From positions 1 to 64,000 of the forward strand of contig JBBIPG010000002.1 of NCBI GenBank assembly GCA_037442925.1: a stretch of 64,000 nucleotides of DNA. Reading direction: 5' to 3'. Below the pieces are notes generated by a model. It was given only the letters and a program-made list of their open reading frames with translations, was not told where the DNA came from and searched no databases. The position numbers and the translations under genes are program-made. This DNA is from Candidatus Fraserbacteria bacterium (GTDB taxonomy: Bacteria; Bipolaricaulota; Bipolaricaulia; RBG-16-55-9). Numbering within the stretch: the first letter of the stretch is position 1; every line of letters starts with the position of its first letter. Of this stretch, positions 57,737-64,000 are shown piece after piece.

Positions 57737-58540
57737 ATGATCCTCATTGGCGAGCGAATCAACGGCTCTTTCAAAGACGTCGGGGCTGCCATCAAAGAGA
57801 GGAACAAAGAACCCATTCAAGACTGGGCAAAGAAGCAGACCGAAGCGGGAGCGGATTATCTCGATGTCAACTTGGGCGCGGTATCGAAGAATCCCGCTGA
57901 CTTCGCCTGGCTCATTCAGACCGTTTGTGAAGCTGTGCCCACGCCGCTTTCGATCGATTCGCTCAAGCTCGATCTGGTGCGCGCGGGACTGGAAGCTTAT
58001 AGAGAATTCGGAGGCAGGCGACCTGTCATTATCAACAGCACGACCGCCGAAGAGAGCAAACTGATGCCGTTAGTCGAGTTGGCGGTTCAGTACAACTCAG
58101 GTCTCATTGGCGTCGTGATGGATGAGCGTGGCAGCCCGCAAGATATTGACCGACGAGTTGAGCTGGGAGCGAAGATCTTTGCCATCGCGAGCGAAGCGGG
58201 TCTACCTCCGGAACGAGTCTATCTCGACCCCATCGTCATGCCGGTCAAGTTTATGCAAGAGCAGGGCAAGAACGTCCTAGAAGCCATAAGGCAGTTCGCG
58301 ATGATCTCCGACCCTCCGCCGCATATCTCTATCGGGCTCAGTAATATCTGCTCCAAAGCCCAAGAACGCTCGCTCATCACTCGGACGTTTCTCGTCATGG
58401 CCATGGCGGCTGGCTGCGATGCCGCAATCTGCAATGTGATGGACGCGGAACTCGTAAACGCTGTAGCCACAGCGGAGTTGATTCTCAACAAAGAAATATA
58501 CAGCGACAGCTACTTGAAGGCATATCGAAAGCGGGGCTGA
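57737..58540 (+). CDS. acsE: Methyltetrahydrofolate:CoFeSP methyltransferase
   Basis: MILIGERING, YLDVN, SIDS, IINS, GLSN. Confidence 0.92.
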   Translation: MILIGERINGSFKDVGAAIKERNKEPIQDWAKKQTEAGADYLDVNLGAVSKNPADFAWLIQTVCEAVPTPLSIDSLKLDLVRAGLEAYREFGGRRPVIINSTTAEESKLMPLVELAVQYNSGLIGVVMDERGSPQDIDRRVELGAKIFAIASEAGLPPERVYLDPIVMPVKFMQEQGKNVLEAIRQFAMISDPPPHISIGLSNICSKAQERSLITRTFLVMAMAAGCDAAICNVMDAELVNAVATAELILNKEIYSDSYLKAYRKRG

Positions 58541-58541
58541 A

Positions 58542-59441
58542 ATGAGACTTACAGGTGTACATCTGCTCCTGACGTACGAGTGCAATCTCGAGTGCGATCA
58601 TTGCTTCGTCTGGGGCAGTCCCTGGCAACGTGGCACGATGACTCTCAAGACCATCCGTGAGATCCTACAGCAAGCTAAGGATCTTGGAACGGTAGAGTGG
58701 ATCTACTTTGAGGGTGGCGAACCCTTTCTCTACTACGCCACTCTGCTCAAAGGGGTGCAAGTGGCTGCACGCCTGGGCTTTCAAGTGGGGATCGTATCGA
58801 ATGGCTACTGGGCCACCGATGCGCAAGATGCTCTAGAGTGGCTAAGACCCTTCGCGGGTCTTGTGCAAGACTTATCGATCAGTAGCGACCTCTATCACTG
58901 GAAGGAGAGCCTCAGCCAGCAAGCCAAGCACATCTGCTCCGCGGCGGGAAAGCTAGACATCCCCATGCAAATCCTCCACATCGCGGCACCCGAAGTCGCG
59001 GATGCCCCATCCGCGGTGGGACAACTTCCGCCGGGTACGTCGAAGGTCATGTATCGTGGGCGTGCGGCAGAGAAGTTGGCAAACAAGACTCCACGCCGAC
59101 CTTGGACAGAGTTCACGGCTTGTACGCATGAGGACCTCCGTGAGCCAGGGCGGGTACACATCGACCCCTTTGGGAATGTCCACATCTGCCAGGGGATCGC
59201 GCTGGGTAACGTCTACCAAACACCGCTGAGGAGCATGTGCAGGAAGTACGATCCGGATACTCACCCGATTGCCGGTCCGTTGCTTTCGGGCGGTCCCGCA
59301 GAGCTTGTGCGCCGCTACAAGCTGGCTCACGAAGCACGATGTGCCGATTCATGCCATCTGTGCTATGAGGCCCGTCGGGCTCTGCGCAGTCGCTTTCCGG
59401 ATGTCCTAAAACCGGATCAGATGTATGGAGTGGTGCCGTGA
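58542..59441 (+). CDS. Radical SAM protein with Cys-rich C-terminus
   Basis: CNLECDHC, GGEPF, CQG...CADSCHLC. Confidence 0.85.
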   Translation: MRLTGVHLLLTYECNLECDHCFVWGSPWQRGTMTLKTIREILQQAKDLGTVEWIYFEGGEPFLYYATLLKGVQVAARLGFQVGIVSNGYWATDAQDALEWLRPFAGLVQDLSISSDLYHWKESLSQQAKHICSAAGKLDIPMQILHIAAPEVADAPSAVGQLPPGTSKVMYRGRAAEKLANKTPRRPWTEFTACTHEDLREPGRVHIDPFGNVHICQGIALGNVYQTPLRSMCRKYDPDTHPIAGPLLSGGPAELVRRYKLAHEARCADSCHLCYEARRALRSRFPDVLKPDQMYGVVP

Positions 59442-59499
59442 ACGTGCTAGGTACAGCAGTCGAAAGACTCGCGTTGACCATCTTGGGGAAGGGGGAGTC

Positions 59500-61407
59500 A
59501 TGAAAGAAAAAAGCGTAGATCGAGCCTCACAAGAGATGCTCGAGCACGCAAAGCAAGAGCATCTGGAGACAGCTTGGGATCGCTGGGAACTTCAACAACC
59601 CCAGTGCGGCTTCGGACAACTGGGTTTATGTTGCCGGATCTGCAATATGGGTCCGTGTCGCATTGACCCGTTTGGGAGCGGACCCAAGCGCGGCGTATGT
59701 GGTGCTGACGCCGATACGTTCGTTGCTCGCCATCTAACCCGCATGATCGCTGCCGGGACGGCAGCGCACTCGGACCACGGGCGCGATGTGGCACATACGC
59801 TGCTGCTGGCTGCGGAGGGCCATCGCGGCTATCGCATCAAAGATCCACGGAAGCTGCGTAAAGTCGCTGCCGAGTTTGGCATTGGGGCAGACACGAAGAG
59901 CGATGCAGAGATTGCCAAGGCGTTGGCAGAAAAGGCGTTGGCGGAGTTCGGCCAACAAGAGGGAGAACTGACACTAACTCGACGTGCTCCCAAGGCGCGG
60001 CAAGAGCTCTGGCGCAAGCTAGGAATCATGCCGCGCGGGATCGACCGCGAAGTCGTGGAGATGATGCACCGCACGACGATGGGGGTAGACACAGATTATA
60101 AGAACATCTTGCTCCAAGGCATGAGGACATCGTTGGCTGATGGCTGGGGTGGCTCGATGCTCGCCACAGACATTCAAGACATTCTCTTTGGGACTCCAAT
60201 GCCTCTACGTTCCCGCGTGAATCTGGGAGTGCTAAAGAAGGACGAGGTCAACGTCGTCGTTCATGGCCACGAACCCATCTTGTCAGAGATGCTCGTGGTA
60301 GCCAGCCGTGACCCAGAGCTGGTGAAGTTAGCTCAGCAAAAGGGCGCTCGCGGAATCAATATCACCGGCATCTGCTGCACGGCCAATGAGATTCTCATGC
60401 GCCACGGCATCCCGATTGCAGGCAACTTCTTGCAGCAGGAGCTGGCACTGGCCACGGGAGCCGTGGATGCCATGATTGTGGACGTGCAATGTGTCATGCC
60501 CGCTCTGGCGAGTCTCGCTCAGTGCTTCCACACAAAGCTCATTGCCACCTCACCCAAGGCGAAATTCCCCAATACAGACTTTGTGGAGTTCCGCGAGGAA
60601 CGCGCCATTGAGGCAGCGAAAGAGATCATCCAGCGCGCGATAGAGAACTACCCGAATCGCGAGCCGCGTCGCATGCAGATCCCGGATGCCTCGATGGATC
60701 TGATCGCTGGCTTCACTTCTGAGTCTGTATTTCGATTCTTAGGCGGACGCTATCGAGCTACCTACCGGCCGCTTAACGATGCCATCATGGACGGGAGGCT
60801 CCGCGGAGCCGTCGGCGTCGTCGGCTGCAACAACCCCAATATCACCCATGACTGGGGGCACCTGACGCTCACCAAAGAACTCCTGAAGAACGATGTACTA
60901 GTCGTGTCAAGTGGCTGCTCAGCCATCGCGGATGCCAAGTTCGGCCTGCTTAGGCCGGAGGCGGCCCACAATTACGCCGGACCCGGCTTGCGTGAGATCT
61001 GCGAGACGGTAGGCATACCGCCGGTGCTCCACGTGGGAGCCTGCGTGGATAACTCACGCATCTTGACGACGCTGATTGAGATCGTGGGTGAGGGTGGCTT
61101 AGGAGACGACTTCGCGAAACTGCCTGTGGCGGGATCTGCACCTGAGTGGATGAGCGAAAAGGCCGTGGCCATCGGGTTCTATTTCGTCGCTTCCGGAGCT
61201 CTGGTGCACTTTGGGACACCCCAGCCGATCTACGGCAGCAAGAACGTGACAGAGTTCTTGACGAAAGATGTCGAGACGCTTGTGGGTGGCAAGTTCGCCT
61301 TCGAGCCTGATCCACAAAAGGCGGCCAAACTGATCCTCGAGCATCTAGATCGCAAGCGGGCCGACTTGAAGCTTCGAGAACCGATGTATACTCCTGTGTA
61401 CGCGTAG
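59500..61407 (+). CDS. cooS: Anaerobic Ni-CO dehydrogenase catalytic subunit
   Basis: CGFG..GLCCRICNMGPC, HSDH, HGHEP, GICCT, GCNN, GACVDN; GGGGAG RBS before ATG 59500. Confidence 0.95.
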   Translation: MKEKSVDRASQEMLEHAKQEHLETAWDRWELQQPQCGFGQLGLCCRICNMGPCRIDPFGSGPKRGVCGADADTFVARHLTRMIAAGTAAHSDHGRDVAHTLLLAAEGHRGYRIKDPRKLRKVAAEFGIGADTKSDAEIAKALAEKALAEFGQQEGELTLTRRAPKARQELWRKLGIMPRGIDREVVEMMHRTTMGVDTDYKNILLQGMRTSLADGWGGSMLATDIQDILFGTPMPLRSRVNLGVLKKDEVNVVVHGHEPILSEMLVVASRDPELVKLAQQKGARGINITGICCTANEILMRHGIPIAGNFLQQELALATGAVDAMIVDVQCVMPALASLAQCFHTKLIATSPKAKFPNTDFVEFREERAIEAAKEIIQRAIENYPNREPRRMQIPDASMDLIAGFTSESVFRFLGGRYRATYRPLNDAIMDGRLRGAVGVVGCNNPNITHDWGHLTLTKELLKNDVLVVSSGCSAIADAKFGLLRPEAAHNYAGPGLREICETVGIPPVLHVGACVDNSRILTTLIEIVGEGGLGDDFAKLPVAGSAPEWMSEKAVAIGFYFVASGALVHFGTPQPIYGSKNVTEFLTKDVETLVGGKFAFEPDPQKAAKLILEHLDRKRADLKLREPMYTPVYA

Positions 61408-61409
61408 CT

Positions 61410-62048
61410 ATGAAGCCCAACCCGACATGGGAGAAGAGCCTGGAGCCGCAGATCCAGCGGGCGCGGGAGGAACTGCGCCGCCGCGACCCCCACATAATAG
61501 CCGATCTCAGTGGGGGGGAGTACATTGAGAGTACATCAGGCAGCGGCGAGATGCGTCTGCAATTCTTTGGGCGCATCTACAAGATCGACTGGCCGGAGTT
61601 GGAGACTGTGGATCCCCAAGGACGCCCTTGCTCGAATCCCATGCAAGCATCGCTCTTGCAGTATCTTCTTCTGGCTGACGGGTCGCCGCTTGCGGACCAG
61701 TGGGTTTCGCTGCGAGAGCTGCCCAATGGGGCCTTCTACGAGCGAGCCTTTCAGAGCTATTCTGGAAATCTGGTTGCACGTACGTTCAAGAGCGACGTGC
61801 AAGCCTTTCGCAATGCCGCGCTCAAGCTGGGCGGTGAGCTCCTATCGCTCGGAGATGCTTCGTTTCGCTTCTGGGCGCTTCCCAAGATCCCGCTGGCTCT
61901 TGTCTACTGGTCCGGTGGCGATGAATTCCCCGCAAGTGCACAAGTCTTGTTTGACGCTTCTGCAGGACACTATCACCACTTGGAGATGCTGGCACATCTG
62001 GGGGCGTTGCTCTGCGATAGGGTCATCGCGGCGCACGAAGCGTGCTAG
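61410..62048 (+). CDS. DUF3786-like protein
   Basis: WVSLRELPNG.FY, LPKIPL...W.G.DEFP....LFD; family commonly found in Wood-Ljungdahl clusters. Confidence 0.78.
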   Translation: MKPNPTWEKSLEPQIQRAREELRRRDPHIIADLSGGEYIESTSGSGEMRLQFFGRIYKIDWPELETVDPQGRPCSNPMQASLLQYLLLADGSPLADQWVSLRELPNGAFYERAFQSYSGNLVARTFKSDVQAFRNAALKLGGELLSLGDASFRFWALPKIPLALVYWSGGDEFPASAQVLFDASAGHYHHLEMLAHLGALLCDRVIAAHEAC

Positions 62049-62062
62049 GAGAGATCGTCACG

Positions 62063-62292
62063 ATGGGCAAGAAGAAGTAGGTATTACGCCAATGAATCTC
62101 GATTTCTACGCACCAGATTTGCGAGAGCAGTTGGGCAAACTTGACCGAGAGAAGACGTATGTCGTCTACTGTCGAACGGGAAATCGCTCTGCGCAGACTG
62201 TGGCCCTGATGAAGGAGTTGGAGTTCCGCCGGATCTATAACTTAGAGAGCGGGATTGTGGCATGGCAGAGTGAGGGCCTACCACTCAAGTAA
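62063..62292 (+). pseudogene. Truncated rhodanese-domain remnant
   Basis: C-terminal half only (NLDF...YVVYCRTGNRS...GIVAW) from 62092; no DVR..E...GHI.GA segment; stub MGKKK* at 62063 with RBS. Confidence 0.55.
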
Positions 62293-62310
62293 GCGAGGGG
62301 AGGGAGTTCT

Positions 62311-63477
62311 ATGCGAGACGTTGTGATCGTTGGAGCCGCCCGCTGCGCCGTAGGCAGAGCGGTCAAGGGCATCTTGAGAAATACGCGGCCAGATGAGATG
62401 GCGGCGGAAGTGTTGAAGGGTTTGATTCAAAAGACGGGCGTTAACCCCGCCGAACTCGATGACCTTCGTCTGGGTTGTGCTATACCGGAGGCAGAGCAGG
62501 GCCTTAACGTCGCCCGCATCACACAGTTTTTGGCCAAGATTCCCGAGAGGGTTCCCGCCTGCACGATCAATCGCTTCTGCGCCTCAGGGCTGGAGTCCAT
62601 TGTCAATGCTTGCTATCAGATTGCGTATGGCGACGCGGATTTGATCATGGCGGGTGGTGTGGAGAGCATGAGCAAGGTCCCCATGACGGGGCACACGCCG
62701 CGGCCCAATCCCAAGCTGGCCGTAGAGTATCCCGAGGTCTACACTCCCATGGGAATCACAGCGGAGAATCTCGTCGAACGATACAAGATCTCTCGTGAAG
62801 CCCAAGACCAGTTCGCGTACGAGTCGCACAGGAAAGCAGCCCAAGCGACCAGAGAGGGCCGCTTCAAAGAGGAGATTGTCCCGCTCGAGGTACAAGTCGA
62901 CGGCAAGCGAGTCTTGCACGAAATCGATGAGACCATTCGCCCAGATACGACGGTAGAAGCCTTGGCAACGCTTAAACCTTCCTTCAAAGAGGGGGGAACG
63001 GTCACGCCGGGGAACTCTTCTCCCCTGACCGACGGAGCCTCGGCGGTGTTGATCGCATCCAAGAAGAAGGCCCGCAGCTTGGGTTTGAAGCCATTCGCTC
63101 GATTCGTCTGTGCCGCGACCTCGGGTGTCGCTCCGGAGATCATGGGGATCGGCCCGGTCTACGCCATCCCCAAAGCTCTTGCGAAGGCGAATCTCTCACT
63201 CAAAGACATCGACTTGATTGAGCTGAACGAGGCGTTTGCTGCCCAATCGCTGGCCGTCATTCAAGAGCTGGATCTGCCAATGAGAAAACTTAACGTCAAC
63301 GGCGGGGCAATCGCACTGGGCCATGCCCTTGGCTCTTCGGGAGCTCGCCTGACGACAACGTTGGTCTATGAGATGGCCCGGCGAGAGGTGGCTCTTGGGT
63401 TGGTCTCGATGTGCGTGGGAGGCGGCCAAGGGATGGCTGCCATCTTCGAGCGCGTGTGGGAAGGGAGCAGAAGGTGA
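62311..63477 (+). CDS. fadA: Acetyl-CoA acyltransferase (thiolase)
   Basis: NRFCASG, NEAFA, GAIALGH, SMCVGGGQG. Confidence 0.9.
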   Translation: MRDVVIVGAARCAVGRAVKGILRNTRPDEMAAEVLKGLIQKTGVNPAELDDLRLGCAIPEAEQGLNVARITQFLAKIPERVPACTINRFCASGLESIVNACYQIAYGDADLIMAGGVESMSKVPMTGHTPRPNPKLAVEYPEVYTPMGITAENLVERYKISREAQDQFAYESHRKAAQATREGRFKEEIVPLEVQVDGKRVLHEIDETIRPDTTVEALATLKPSFKEGGTVTPGNSSPLTDGASAVLIASKKKARSLGLKPFARFVCAATSGVAPEIMGIGPVYAIPKALAKANLSLKDIDLIELNEAFAAQSLAVIQELDLPMRKLNVNGGAIALGHALGSSGARLTTTLVYEMARREVALGLVSMCVGGGQGMAAIFERVWEGSRR

Positions 63478-64000
63478 TGCGAAAAATCAAGACAGCGGTG
63501 GTGTTGGGTGCCGGAACCATGGGAGCAGGCATCGCGGCCCTTTTGGCAAGCGTGGGCATCAAGACGTATCTACTGGACATCGTACCCAAGGAATTGACGC
63601 CGGAAGAGAAAGCGAAAGGCTTGAGTCTCCGTGAGCCCGTCGTCCGCAATAGAATTGTAAACTCCGGTCTTCAGCGGGCCCTCAAGGCAAGCCCGGCCCT
63701 CTTCTATGATCCGGCCGATGCACAACTCATCACAGTGGGAAACATCGAGGACAATCTCGACTGGCTGAGAGAAGCCGACTGGATCGTCGAGGCGGTCTTT
63801 GAAAGACTCGATGTCAAACAAGACATCTTTGCCAAGATCGAGAAGTTCAGGAACCCGCATTCCATCGTCAGCTCCAATACTTCGGGGATTGCACTCAAAG
63901 CGATCACTCAAAAGTCCTCACCGGAGCTCAAGAAGCACACACTCATCACGCACTTCTTCAACCCCGTTCGCTACATGAAACTTCTGGAAGTCGTCGCCGG
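63477..64000 (+). CDS. 3-hydroxyacyl-CoA dehydrogenase (FadN-like), running off the window end; not in the ORF track
   Basis: TGATG overlap; MRKIKTAVVLGAGTMGAGIA, DWIVEAVFE, SSNTSG, THFFNPVRYMKL. Confidence 0.9.
   Translation, partial: MRKIKTAVVLGAGTMGAGIAALLASVGIKTYLLDIVPKELTPEEKAKGLSLREPVVRNRIVNSGLQRALKASPALFYDPADAQLITVGNIEDNLDWLREADWIVEAVFERLDVKQDIFAKIEKFRNPHSIVSSNTSGIALKAITQKSSPELKKHTLITHFFNPVRYMKLLEVVA

Overview
A gene-dense, moderately high-GC bacterial chromosomal region devoted to anaerobic energy metabolism. The gene content resembles thermophilic Acetothermia/Bipolaricaulota, but that is an inference and was not verified. From left to right: (i) 1-16.9 kb, a nitrate/nitrite respiration island with a cupredoxin, a NarX/NarL-type two-component pair, a DNR-like Crp regulator, a three-domain lipoprotein NirK, a Thermus-like cytochrome c-narGHJI-narK-narK operon and a PAS-BTAD activator; (ii) 17-30.7 kb, rluA-type, kbl and Cys-motif Crp/Fnr genes, an HTH-GNAT-GltD triple-domain ORF heading two 2-oxoacid:ferredoxin oxidoreductase sets, then radical SAM, PEBP and HAD genes; (iii) 30.8-46.3 kb (minus strand), a third 2-oxoacid oxidoreductase with a flavoprotein nested in its delta subunit, hypFCDE, a Lon-like protease, Rrf2, an OmpR-type pair and its likely targets; (iv) 46.4-64 kb, the carbonyl-branch Wood-Ljungdahl cluster (cooC, cooF, FNOR, acsB, acsC, RACo, acsF, acsD, acsE, radical SAM, cooS, DUF3786) followed by beta-oxidation genes. 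The main highlight is a 459-aa LAGLIDADG intein inserted in acetyl-CoA synthase (acsB) exactly at the A-cluster nickel-ligand Cys-Gly-Cys motif. Also notable are paired FNR/DNR boxes 22 bp apart at nirK and a neighbouring operon, with a similar box at the acs/coo promoter, and the HTH-GNAT-oxidoreductase fusion behind a perfect CRP-type palindrome. No rRNA, tRNA, CRISPR array or transposase was seen.
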